From contig CAWDAY010000004.1 in assembly GCA_963800455.1 (NCBI GenBank), positions 2,684,593 through 2,708,592 of the forward strand: a stretch of DNA of 24,000 nucleotides. Reading direction: 5' to 3'. The first letter of the stretch is position 1, and every line of letters starts with the position of its first letter. Positions 8,019 through 16,811 of the stretch are shown in pieces. The position numbers were made by a program, and so were the translations under genes. Below the pieces are notes generated by a model. It did no database searches, had not been told where the DNA came from, and saw nothing but the letters and a program-made list of their open reading frames with translations. Source of the DNA: an uncultured Acidobacteriota bacterium (GTDB taxonomy: Bacteria; Acidobacteriota; Terriglobia; Acidiferrales; UBA7541).

Positions 8019-9107
8019 ATGAGATTCGCGAGCAAATGCCACCGGCGCGCGGGCGGCTACGGGTCGATTGCCGGTCTGGTTATAGTATTTTTGTGCTCGC
8101 AGATCGGTAGTCGCACGCGGGCCCAGGGACAACCGCCTGTCAATCCGGATGGCGGGATCGGTGGGCTTAAAGCCAGCTTTGCCGACGTAAAGGGCGTCAG
8201 GACACGGTACTACGAAATGGGCCAGGGCGAACCGCTGCTCCTGCTTCACGGAGGCGGCTTGAACGGCCGTTCCAGCGCGAACGTTTGGTCGAAGAACATT
8301 CCCGGTTTGGCGAAGCATTTCCATGTCTTCGCTATCGACCGGCTCGGCTCGGGGCTTACCGACAATCCGCGCGAGGACAAGGATTACAACACACTGGGAG
8401 AAATCGAGTTTCTTTCCAATTTTCTAGAGACAATGAAAATCCGCCAAGTTAATTTGGTCGGCCATTCCGCCGGAGGCGCTTTGGCGTTCTACTTCAGCAT
8501 CGCGCACCCGGAAATGGTCAAGACGCTCATCATTGTGGCTCCCGGCGGCCAAGTCCCGAGGGGCGGCGCCCAGAAGGAAGAAGCCTACACCGTGAACTGC
8601 CCGAAAGAGCCTCCGACCGAAGCCTGGAAGTGTGGGATCCGCGCGCAAACGTTCAAGCCGGATGTGGCGTTCGACAACGACGACTACTGGCAAGCGGGCT
8701 ACTACATGATGGCCCAGCCCAAAGCCAAGGCTACCGCGGCAAAGCTAAAGGCCGGCGCCGGAGAACCCTTGCGCACCCAACAAGCCGCAGCCTGGCGGCA
8801 ATCCATGATCGATCGAGTGGCGAAGGAAGGTGTTTTGCAAATGCCCGTCTTGCTCTATTGGGGCAGGCAGGACCCCACGGATTGGGCCATTGACGATCCC
8901 GTATCGAAGATGCAGCAGGGGCTGGCCCTCTACGACGCGATTGGCGCAAAGGACCCAAGTGTCCAGATGATCGTTCTCAACGACGCGGGACATTACATGT
9001 ATCGGGAATATCCGGAGCTATTCAACGAGGATGTCATAAACTTCATTAGCTTCTGGAACCGCCGCACCCGGAATTTCGTCGAGCCATCGCCGTCAGCCCG
9101 TCACTGA
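8019..9107 (+). CDS. Exported alpha/beta-fold hydrolase
   Basis: 362 aa with LLLHGGG (oxyanion region), a nucleophile elbow VGHSAGG, and a C-terminal DAGHYMYRE (catalytic His context). The N-terminal hydrophobic segment is consistent with export. Confidence 0.85.
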   Translation: MRFASKCHRRAGGYGSIAGLVIVFLCSQIGSRTRAQGQPPVNPDGGIGGLKASFADVKGVRTRYYEMGQGEPLLLLHGGGLNGRSSANVWSKNIPGLAKHFHVFAIDRLGSGLTDNPREDKDYNTLGEIEFLSNFLETMKIRQVNLVGHSAGGALAFYFSIAHPEMVKTLIIVAPGGQVPRGGAQKEEAYTVNCPKEPPTEAWKCGIRAQTFKPDVAFDNDDYWQAGYYMMAQPKAKATAAKLKAGAGEPLRTQQAAAWRQSMIDRVAKEGVLQMPVLLYWGRQDPTDWAIDDPVSKMQQGLALYDAIGAKDPSVQMIVLNDAGHYMYREYPELFNEDVINFISFWNRRTRNFVEPSPSARH

Positions 9108-9135
9108 GCGGCGCTTGCCGCCCTGGATCGGCCAG

Positions 9136-9158
9136 GCGGGGCCAAGGCCCGGCCCCGC
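9136..9158. terminator. GC-rich hairpin between convergent genes
   Basis: GCGGGGCC (9136-9143) / GGCCCCGC (9151-9158) form a perfect 8-bp stem with a 7-nt loop, lying between the stops at 9107 (+) and 9216 (-). No U-tract. Confidence 0.3.
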
Positions 9159-9215
9159 TCGCTCGGTCCAAACGATCCGCGTTTCTGCGCCCGCCGTGCG
9201 GCGCGGGGAGGTTGC

Positions 9216-9605
9216 TTACTCGAGGCGCGGGAAGGCTTCGAGTTGCTTGCCATCGGGGAGCACGACGTTCGTCAACCGCAGGAAATTGTCTTTCTTCTTG
9301 GACTGGTAACCATTCAGAGTGACTTGGTCGCCGGGCTTGATGATCTTGCTATTCCATCCCGCGCGGTGCAGGATGAGCGCGTTCGACAATTCGCCATTCC
9401 AAACTTGAACGTTGCCGTGCTCGTCTTTCACCTGCACATAGATCTGCGCGTGAGGATTAATGAATTGGAAGTCCGTTACCGTTCCCGTGACCGTGACAAT
9501 TTTCGAGGTGTCCTCGCCCGCGGTTCCGTGGTGAGCGAACGCGGGAACGACGAGCAGTACAAAGCCAACGAGAGCCGCGGAAAGGGTCCCGAATATCTGT
9601 TTCAT
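9216..9605 (-). CDS. DUF6152-family small exported protein
   Basis: Preferred start is ATG at 9605 (MKQIFGTLSAALVGFVLLVVPAFAHHG) with GGAGG SD; the track start at 9761 is over-extended. The family pattern is present: AHH...VTVTGTVTDFQFINPHAQIYV...W.GE......L.RAGW....IKPGDQVT..G. Confidence 0.8.
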   Translation of the reverse strand: MKQIFGTLSAALVGFVLLVVPAFAHHGTAGEDTSKIVTVTGTVTDFQFINPHAQIYVQVKDEHGNVQVWNGELSNALILHRAGWNSKIIKPGDQVTLNGYQSKKKDNFLRLTNVVLPDGKQLEAFPRLE

Positions 9606-9970
9606 CGAAATGCCTCCGGAGTGGAGAGTTTTCACCGCGTTCGTTTTGAGCGTCCGCGGATCGCTGAATGACTCTGTTCTTGCGCAGACCGACTCGATTG
9701 AACTGAGTGTAGCATACTTAAGCCGGATGCGAGATCGCTTCATGTGAAGACTCAGGACCACGTTTCCCGGATCCGATTCGCAGGACCATTGACGCCTATA
9801 GCGACGCGACGTATGCCACGATTGCGATCCTATCCCCGGTGTTCAGGTTTTTACAACCGGCTGCATCACTTCGCGTGGGCGAGGACCCTTTTGCCGGGTG
9901 TAAAGCTGCCCCATCGTGTCGATCCCCGACCTATCCCAAAAATTTAGCCTTGTTCAACTGGCCGAACCTT

Positions 9971-9988
9971 AATATCAAGAATATCAAG
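9971..9988. repeat. Perfect tandem direct repeat AATATCAAG x2 in an intergenic region
   Basis: aatatcaag (9971-9979) is immediately repeated (9980-9988), in the AT-rich stretch between the Ldh_2 gene end and the DUF6152 gene. Confidence 0.9.
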
Positions 9989-10053
9989 GAAAAACCTACG
10001 TTGGCCGCGAAGGATGGAACCGGTTTCATTCTGCTGCGCGCGGCAGGCGACGG

Positions 10054-11088
10054 CTAGAAACGGTCCCTTCTTGCTGAATCTGGAGCGGTCGCGGTCGCGC
10101 GTCTCTGCATTTCTTCATAAAGCGGATCGGGCACGGCAATGCCGGATTTGGAGATTCTCTTGCGATCCGCGAATCGCCGCGCGCCGGGCAGTCGCGCGCC
10201 CGGATCGCTCTCGATAGCTTGGCAAAGGGTGTCGATACGGTCGAGTACGGAGTCGCCGCCGAACCTCTCGATATCGAACGCCAGAAAAAGCTGGCCGATC
10301 CCTGGCGGCTGCCCCTTGGCGTCGAAAAAGGAACTCGCTTCAAAGCCGAAGTGCGAGCGCGTCAGCGCGGCGGAAAGCAACTCAACCATCAGAGCGAGGG
10401 CCGCACCCTTCGCGCCGCCAATCGGCACCATGGTGCCGGCGAGCGCTTCCCGCGGATCGGTGGTGGGTTTGCCGGAAGGATCGAGCGCCCAGCCCTCGGG
10501 AATGGATTCCTTCCGTTGTGCCGCCTGCATGATCTTGCCGCGCGCGACAACGCTCATCGCCAGGTCGATCACCAACGGCTCCTGGTTGCGCCGGGGGCAG
10601 GCGAGCGCGATCGGATTGGTGCCGAAAACGCCCCGCGTGCCGCCCCACGGAGCTATGGCCGCAGGCGTATTCGAAAACGCCAGTGCCAACACGTTGTGCC
10701 GGGCAAGGGACTCCACGTGATATCCAAGGACTCCGCAATGGTGAGAATTTCCGATCGCTATCGCCACCACGCCTGTTTCACGCACGATGGGCAGGGCGGC
10801 GCCGAATCCGGAGGAAATTGCGGGGAAGGCGAAACCGTGGCGGGCGTCCACGCTCACCACGGCCGAGGCCGTCCGGGTCGCTTGCGGGATCGCCCGTCCG
10901 TCAATCTTCCCGCTGGCCACCTGATCGGCGTACGCCGGCACGCGCGAAAGGCCATGAGAACCGATCCCATCGATTTCCGCGGCGATCAGCGCGTCGGCCA
11001 CGCTGCCGGCATTCTCCGGGCTTGCGCCCGCGCCGACGAGAACACGGGTCGCGAGTTCATGCAATTCGCTGATCGATCGTACAGTCAT
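10054..11088 (-). CDS. Ldh_2 family (malate/L-lactate/sulfolactate-type) NAD(P)H-dependent oxidoreductase
   Basis: MTVRSISELHELATRVLVGAGAS...IGSHGLSRVPAYADQVASGKIDG...IGNSHHCGVLGYH...FGTNPIALACP...LAMSVVARGKI...PIGGAKGAALALMVELLSAAL matches the Ldh_2 family throughout. The start at 11088 was chosen by family N-terminus; the track start 11157 adds 23 residues that do not look conserved. No clear SD for either start. Confidence 0.85.
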   Translation of the reverse strand: MTVRSISELHELATRVLVGAGASPENAGSVADALIAAEIDGIGSHGLSRVPAYADQVASGKIDGRAIPQATRTASAVVSVDARHGFAFPAISSGFGAALPIVRETGVVAIAIGNSHHCGVLGYHVESLARHNVLALAFSNTPAAIAPWGGTRGVFGTNPIALACPRRNQEPLVIDLAMSVVARGKIMQAAQRKESIPEGWALDPSGKPTTDPREALAGTMVPIGGAKGAALALMVELLSAALTRSHFGFEASSFFDAKGQPPGIGQLFLAFDIERFGGDSVLDRIDTLCQAIESDPGARLPGARRFADRKRISKSGIAVPDPLYEEMQRRATATAPDSARRDRF

Positions 11089-11393
11089 AGACAAATTTGG
11101 ATCAAGTTGGCCCGATGAATTGCCCGGGGTAATGGGCCGCGACAAATAGGAAAACACATTCTACAACAGTCGAAGCCGATCACGCGCCTCTTCCACCGGT
11201 TCTCCGAACATCAACCATGCATTCGCAGCGCGCGATACAGGTAACTCTCCATGAGCTTGGATTCCCGACAGGCCGGAAACGCTTGCTCGCCTCGCGGACG
11301 CGTAGTAGTGTCTGTTGATTCTCGTCCGAACGTTTCTCTGAACATGGGATCGGAGAACGCCCAATAAGTTTCCGTGGAGAAGGATGCACGAGT

Positions 11394-12965
11394 TTGGTTA
11401 AAGACACGGCCAAGAAACGATCCGATGTAGGGAAGTACTTTGGCATATCGCTGCCAATTTGGGTACTCGCCTTCCTTGCTGTCGGACTCGTCGTGGGCTT
11501 TCTCTTTCCCAAAAATAGTTTGGCAAGCGCAGCCTATGTAAGCGGCTCGTGGTTTCCGAAGGGCGTCGTGACGTTCGCCGGGCCGCTGATTTTTGCGCTC
11601 CTCGCCGCGGCTACGGCAAAGCTGGTGCTGCTGCACGGCCGGCGAGCCCAGCGTATGTTCGGTTTGATCGTTGTGCTGTACTTGGCTTTAGGAGTGGCAT
11701 CGCTGGCCTTCGTCACGATTTGGATTCCGTTTCTGACCAAGCTGCCCTTCGTCGCGTCCGATGCGGGCGTGCTGGGGCCCGGCGTGTGGCTCGGACAAGT
11801 CGCGAGCACTCTCGTGTTGTTTCTCACCACGCAGCCGCTCATCCAGGCTCTGATCGGCGCCATGTTGGTTGGATACGTCTCCGCCGTCATGCCCGCGCTT
11901 CGTCCCCTGGCAAGCGGCTTGATCCGCAGCAGCGACGCCATCCTTTGGCTCTTCAGCAATCTCCTTTGGTATTACCCGATCATGATCGGCTGTCTGGCGA
12001 TCGGCATCCCGCTCAAGTTTGGCGCGAAAGGGATGAACGCTTACGGCGAGACGATTCTTTGGACCGCACTCGTCACCGTGGCTTTTTCGGTCGTGATGGT
12101 CTCTCTGACGTTTTGGGCCACCAAGCGGACCGCCAGGCAGGTTTTCTCCTACTTTGCTGCCGTGTGGCCGACCGGATTCGGCACGGGGGGATCGTACGAG
12201 ACTTTGGCGGTGAATATCGTCTCGGCCGAGCGGGATTTAGGCCTGCGCCGCGAAATTGCCGAGGTCTCCATCGTGTTTGGGACCGTGCTCAACAAAAGCT
12301 GCGCGAGCATGTCCATGCTGCTGATTACGATCTCAGCGACGCGCCTGCTGCACATCCCGATTTCCATGACCGACATCATTTTGCTTGTTCCGCCGATGCT
12401 GCTTCTGGGCCTGGTTTCGCCGGGAATTCCGGGCGGCGCGGGATTTTTCATGTCTCCCATCGTCGCGATTCTCTTGCACGTGCGGGACGCAGATACCTTC
12501 GTGAATACGTTCGTGGCCATGTATGCCGGGCTGATTCCCATGTTGTCCACGGCCGGAAACACCACGAACGACGGTCTCGTGGGCGCCTTGCTCAACGATC
12601 GATTTGCGAATTACCTCGGCCTGGAGCAATCCGCCGAGGATGCGAAGAACCGCAAGCTCTCGCCGAACGATGGGGCGGGAACAGAATCGGGAATCGGCAA
12701 AGTCATTGGCTGGGTACTGCTGCTCGTGGGCACGTGGATGCTGGTTTCGCCGCAGGCACACCTCGGTCTCAACCAGTTGAAGTGGATGCATGACTACGCT
12801 TTTCCGGGCGAAGTCCCGCTGGGGATGCTGCTCTTGAGCCTCTCGCTCTACCTCCTGGGTGGCCGGAAGGAGGGAGAGAACAAAGCGGCGCCGGAAAAGG
12901 GTGTCGCCGCGGCGGAATCGGCGGACTCGGTCGCGGAATCCGCTAAACAAGAAGCGAAACCTTGA
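11394..12965 (+). CDS. Divergent dicarboxylate/amino acid:cation symporter (DAACS/SDF)-like membrane transporter with a C-terminal extension
   Basis: 523-aa polytopic membrane protein with a TTG start preceded by GGAGAAGGA. The late segments SPGIPGGAGFFMSPIVAILL and LSTAGNTTNDGLVGALLNDRF resemble the conserved HP2/TM8 motifs of the SDF family. The last ~115 aa add two further hydrophobic helices and a charged tail. ORFs 11549..12793 (+) and 12333..13016 (-) are shadows. Confidence 0.7.
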   Translation: MVKDTAKKRSDVGKYFGISLPIWVLAFLAVGLVVGFLFPKNSLASAAYVSGSWFPKGVVTFAGPLIFALLAAATAKLVLLHGRRAQRMFGLIVVLYLALGVASLAFVTIWIPFLTKLPFVASDAGVLGPGVWLGQVASTLVLFLTTQPLIQALIGAMLVGYVSAVMPALRPLASGLIRSSDAILWLFSNLLWYYPIMIGCLAIGIPLKFGAKGMNAYGETILWTALVTVAFSVVMVSLTFWATKRTARQVFSYFAAVWPTGFGTGGSYETLAVNIVSAERDLGLRREIAEVSIVFGTVLNKSCASMSMLLITISATRLLHIPISMTDIILLVPPMLLLGLVSPGIPGGAGFFMSPIVAILLHVRDADTFVNTFVAMYAGLIPMLSTAGNTTNDGLVGALLNDRFANYLGLEQSAEDAKNRKLSPNDGAGTESGIGKVIGWVLLLVGTWMLVSPQAHLGLNQLKWMHDYAFPGEVPLGMLLLSLSLYLLGGRKEGENKAAPEKGVAAAESADSVAESAKQEAKP

Positions 12966-13028
12966 TTGAAAACGAACGGGGTAGCTGCGGAAAGCTACTG
13001 TCCGTGCCTTTGACACTCGGAAACCGGC

Positions 13029-13784
13029 CTACTTGTGCCCCGCGTACATCATCTCCGCGCAAATGAATTCCCCGATGTCCCAGTCCGGTCGCAACTGGAA
13101 CACGAGCTGCGCATTCCATGGCTTGGTGTAAGCTTTTGGATCCTCAATCGTGATGTCATCCTGCAATGTATCGTGATTCACGCGATGGAATCGCTCCACG
13201 AGATGGAGTTGATCGCTGTGCGGATGCCCAATCCTATCGAGCCAGGTCTTGTCGTTGAAACCGATGGTGTCGACGACAAGCGTATCCCCCTCATAGTGGC
13301 CGACGGCGTGTCCCATCCAAGTTGCCTCCAGGCCGTCGGGATGCTGGCGCCCGTCCGTGAAAATTTCGCGCACGAAGTGATCGTATTCGAAATACATGAT
13401 CACGCGGCCCGGCGCTTGGATGATCTCGACGGGATGTGGCCGGAAATAAATGTAGGGAACACCCGGCGGCAGGCAGTTGTAATCCGGTGAATTGGAATCT
13501 TCCACCGCCACGCCCTTTGGCCCGAAGGTGGGTTTGGCTTCGTGGTATTTGGCCTCCGCCCAAGGCGTCATGGGAGGCTCGTCCTTGGTGAAGGCAAAGC
13601 CGGAGTAGGCTCGTGCGCTGGCGGGCGCGTGCTGCCGCCAGACTCCGGACAAGTCCGGAACCTGACTCGCGGCGGCGGGCGAATTCGTCGTGGCCGGCGT
13701 TTCGGGAGACTGCCCGAATAAGACAGCTGAAAAAGCCAGAGCCGCAATCAGCGCAAAGCCTGGCGCGACAAAGAAGTTTCGCAT
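13029..13784 (-). CDS. Conserved exported protein of unknown function
   Basis: 251 aa with a signal peptide (FALIAALAFSAVLFGQ). The PDLSGVW...PPMTPWA...DPxxNC.PPGVP...PHPVEIIQAPGRV...WMGHAVGHYEGDTLVVDTIGFNDKTWLDRIGHPHSDQLHLVERF pattern is one I recognise as a recurrent family of unknown function in soil bacteria. I cannot name a domain. Confidence 0.75.
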   Translation of the reverse strand: MRNFFVAPGFALIAALAFSAVLFGQSPETPATTNSPAAASQVPDLSGVWRQHAPASARAYSGFAFTKDEPPMTPWAEAKYHEAKPTFGPKGVAVEDSNSPDYNCLPPGVPYIYFRPHPVEIIQAPGRVIMYFEYDHFVREIFTDGRQHPDGLEATWMGHAVGHYEGDTLVVDTIGFNDKTWLDRIGHPHSDQLHLVERFHRVNHDTLQDDITIEDPKAYTKPWNAQLVFQLRPDWDIGEFICAEMMYAGHK

Positions 13785-14858
13785 GGTACCCCCGTCCCGA
13801 TTCTGGCTTCCGAGCGACAGCTACCACTCTAGCACCGAACTTCAAACGGTCGCGACGAACAGCGCACGCGTCTCGATCGCGTGGCCTACGAAACACGTTG
13901 TGAGAACCTCCCGACCGCGGCAGGAAACACTGAACGACGCGTATATCACCAAATACAAAAGAGTGTCAATTCAAAATCCCCCGCGTCGGATATGCCGGTT
14001 GGCGTCATTTCAAACCGAAAACGACCGATTTCTTGATGATAGGGTTCACCGACTCGTTAGACGCCGGGTAGGGCTGCGAAGTTTCTTCTGCGGGAAGTCT
14101 GCAACCCGATGAAATCGCAGACGTCGGGGAATCGGCTTGCGGATGCGCTGTTTTGCGCGGGCAGAGCCGGAAGAATTCCGCGCACCTCAGGGGCGAATCC
14201 TCATTCACGATTGCGTCACGCAGAGCCGCAAGCGAGAGAAATATCTGACAACAAGTCCGATGGAGAATACAAGCGCACATCAAGTAGCAGTCGGGTTCTC
14301 GTCCTTGCGGGGGGCCTTGAATTCGGGTTCATCCGATACATCGAAAAAGAGGTGAGATATTCGGTTGCGGCGAATGCGCGCCTGTTTTGTTTTTCTCCGC
14401 TTACCTACGGTTGGTGTTCTTTGGGAATGTGTGTGTCCGATATTCGTTTCACAAGGGTTGTCAAGATGAAGGAGTCAACAGTGATGGGGAAGACATTTCT
14501 TCAACAGCTGCATTTGGATGGGGTTGGGCGATTGAGCGTTCAACATCCTAAACCATCCGGAATTCGCCAATCCCGGAGGCCCGGCGGCGCCTGGCTGGAA
14601 CGATCCTTCCGTGCCTTCGACCTTCGGCTGCGGTTGCGGCACGCCCGACCAAGTGGCTCCCAACCCGGTGCTAGGTAACGGAGGCAATCGTTCCATCCAG
14701 TTGGGCTTGAAGCTGCTTTGGTAGAGTTCGAGCTTCGCCACTCGGGGATTTCGTAGATCTCGCGCGGCGTTACATGCACGGAGGGTAACGCCCAGAGGAT
14801 GACTGCGGCAGTCGCTGTCACGAGCGGTATTAACTAGGCCAAAGCTCCGTCTTCGGCG

Positions 14859-15131
14859 ATGCGGAAATCAGCGCCCGGCAGCCAGCCCATCGCCGAAGCG
14901 ACCAGCGCTTCGATGAAAACGCTGGTCGAGGTATTGGTTGGGAAAGGGTTGGCTCCGCACTCGACCAAGGACATCTGCTTGGTGGTCAAGCTGGTGATGG
15001 CAAGTGCTGTGGATGAGAACGGCGATGAACTCTATCCGATGAAGTGGAACGCGGAGTTCATTGACGCACCAGTTGAAGTGACCGTGGATTCACACAACTC
15101 GCGACTCGTCTCTGTTTCACGACAAGGTTGA
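14859..15131 (+). pseudogene. Fragment of a tyrosine recombinase (phage-type integrase), N-terminal SAM-like/arm region only
   Basis: The segment KTLVEVLVGKGLAPHSTKDICLVVKLVMASAVDENGDELYPMKWNAEFIDAPV matches the N-terminal core-binding region I recall in a widespread integrase family (...L.P.TI+N....+K.V..SAVDE.GE.L+P.KWN.EFID.P). No catalytic domain follows; the ORF ends 15 codons later. Confidence 0.5.
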
Positions 15132-15244
15132 TTTATTCAGTTCACCACTGAGTTGTTAAAGCTTCTGAAAAACATAAGATTTGGGAAACGACGCGCCGTT
15201 GCGATGCCTTTTGCATGCGGGACCGATTGGTAGACCCGAAGCGA

Positions 15245-15273
15245 GGACGACGTCTTAAAATATGACGCCGTCC
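15245..15273 (-). terminator. Hairpin 12 nt downstream of the rsr stop (possible operon terminator)
   Basis: GGACGACGTC (15245-15254) / GACGCCGTCC (15264-15273) form a 10-bp stem (one G-U on the minus-strand RNA) with a 9-nt AT-rich loop. No strong U-tract. Confidence 0.3.
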
Positions 15274-15284
15274 CCTTTCGTGAA

Positions 15285-16604
15285 TTATATCCGTGGCATT
15301 AACTCCAGTTCGCGGATGTACTCGACAACAGCTTCACTCCAGCCGTCGATGTGCGTCCATGGACCGTAGCCGACACCGTTCTTGTTACTGGCAACGTTGA
15401 TCACATAGCCGCGGCCTCTCGGCCCCGGCACATGATCGTGGGCTTGTTCGTCTGTGATCACGATGATCCGGTCATAATTGTCCCGAATCTGTTCGAGCGC
15501 ACGGCCGAGGTAGGTTGCACTATGCGGCTGGCTCGCATCCAGCGCATCGCGCAACGCAAACCCTCGCCGCTGGGGCACCTCGACCAGGTTGTCCGAAAAC
15601 GTGAATGTGATCGCTTTCTCGCAAACTTCCCGGAGCAGAATGGCGAGGCCATATGCCGCGTCAGTTCGGAGCATCTCCGACCGGCGAGACAGCGCGGCCA
15701 TCATGCTGCCCGAAACGTCTACGAGAAGAACAGTTCGCCCGGGCAGTTTTTCCTGCGCCTTGAGCGAAGCAAGCATGGCCCGCTCGAGGGATTCCTCCCA
15801 CTGAGGCGCAAATCGCGCCGCAGCGAGAAAACGAAACGGCAGGACGCGTCCCGTCTTCATGGACTCAATGCCATCCACCACGAGAGATTCGTCTACGCCC
15901 GCCTGCTTCATGTTTCGCAGGTTACGAAGGAGTGCAAGCCCGCCGAGTTTTCGTTCGCGGAGCAACCGTTCCCATGCCTCACGCTTATCGGCACCGGAAG
16001 AGAGCGCCACCTCCCAGGTGTCGGGAGTTTGCAGCTCTCCTTCGATCAGCCGCTTCCACAGCGCGCTCTGTTCCGCGTCACGCGGCTTCCCGTGGCAAAG
16101 GAACAGAACGTCACGGAGACGAATCGGCCCGCTGCGGTCATACTTGGCGAGCTGGTATTCGTCGAATTTGCGGAAAGCCTCGGCCAGCCCTTTCTTCGCT
16201 TGGGCGGAGAGGGGAGCTTTGCCATCCTTCCAGTAGATTGCAACGAATTCCGCAAGTTCGTCCGCGCGCTGGATCACCTGTACAAGCGTGCGCGAAACAA
16301 ATTCGCGGTGCGTCTTCAGGCGCGCTATTTCACGAACGAGCAGTAACGGAGCGTGCCGAAGTTTCATCTTGGTTCGTGCCTCGACGGCAAGTAACGCTAC
16401 AATCTCGGCTTTCACCTTCGGCACGAGCGACTGAATGCGGCCGGCGATCTCCACTCCGTCCTCATAGAATTGGTCCTCCCACAGCAAGCATGCGAGCACC
16501 GATCGCCGCAATTGAAGCTCGGGGGAAATATTTCGCGCAGGAGCTCCTTCGTGCGTGCGAGTCCCCCACGGAAACGGAATTTTCAAGATGTTCAGTCGTG
16601 CCAT
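15285..16604 (-). CDS. rsr: Ro60 ortholog Rsr (TROVE domain + vWA domain)
   Basis: 439 aa with a strong SD (AAAGGAAAGGAGG). The TROVE-like HEAT-repeat N-region includes EDQFYEDG, RHAPLLLVRE, LRDVLFLCHGKP and LLRNLRNM. The C-terminal vWA has a MIDAS motif (LLVDVSGSM). It sits in a locus with rtcBA, rtcR and Y-RNA-like units. Confidence 0.9.
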   Translation of the reverse strand: MARLNILKIPFPWGTRTHEGAPARNISPELQLRRSVLACLLWEDQFYEDGVEIAGRIQSLVPKVKAEIVALLAVEARTKMKLRHAPLLLVREIARLKTHREFVSRTLVQVIQRADELAEFVAIYWKDGKAPLSAQAKKGLAEAFRKFDEYQLAKYDRSGPIRLRDVLFLCHGKPRDAEQSALWKRLIEGELQTPDTWEVALSSGADKREAWERLLRERKLGGLALLRNLRNMKQAGVDESLVVDGIESMKTGRVLPFRFLAAARFAPQWEESLERAMLASLKAQEKLPGRTVLLVDVSGSMMAALSRRSEMLRTDAAYGLAILLREVCEKAITFTFSDNLVEVPQRRGFALRDALDASQPHSATYLGRALEQIRDNYDRIIVITDEQAHDHVPGPRGRGYVINVASNKNGVGYGPWTHIDGWSEAVVEYIRELELMPRI

Positions 16605-16633
16605 TGTGTCCTCCTTTCCTTTGCCAAATTCAA

Positions 16634-16784
16634 TCGTCGGGGAATTGGTGGCAACGGATGCAGCCTAGGCTGCCGATTGCTCTACCTTCTGAGCTACACG
16701 GAGCGACCGCGAGGTGGATCCGAGGCAGGAGTCGAACCTGCGACCCATCGATTAGAAGCAACCGTCACCTGCGCCACCGACGAA
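16634..16784 (-). ncRNA. Y-RNA-like unit Y5 (YrlA-like): closing helix plus circularly permuted tRNA-like module
   Basis: Minus-strand RNA: the 5' UCGUCGG-UGGCG... pairs with the 3' ...UUCC-CCGACGA. Internally, the T-arm GCAGG-UUCGACU-CCUGC (16741-16725) PRECEDES an imperfect acceptor-like helix closed by a loop. This is followed by GUA + D-arm GCUC-AGAAGGUA-GAGC (16694-16679), then the hairpin GCAGC-CUAG-GCUGC. It ends 30 nt before the rsr ATG. Boundaries are approximate. Confidence 0.6.
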
Positions 16785-16811
16785 TTCTGTATTGCTCGTT
16801 GTTCAAGATCT

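Noticed and set aside
10673-10688. Sigma54-like TGGCAC-N5 match on the minus strand (TGGCACTGGCGTTTTC)
   Set aside because: It lacks the -12 GC element and lies inside the Ldh_2 coding sequence.
10219-13016. ORFs 10219..11118 (+), 11549..12793 (+) and 12333..13016 (-)
   Set aside because: These are alternative-frame or antisense shadows of the Ldh_2 and transporter genes. They are Arg-rich and show no motifs.
14005-14821. Several 70-190-aa ORFs in the 14.0-14.8 kb gap (for example 14109..14678 +, 14475..14741 -, 14540..14821 -)
   Set aside because: They have no SD, no domain resemblance, mutually overlapping frames and atypical composition. The region is treated as non-coding or decayed sequence.
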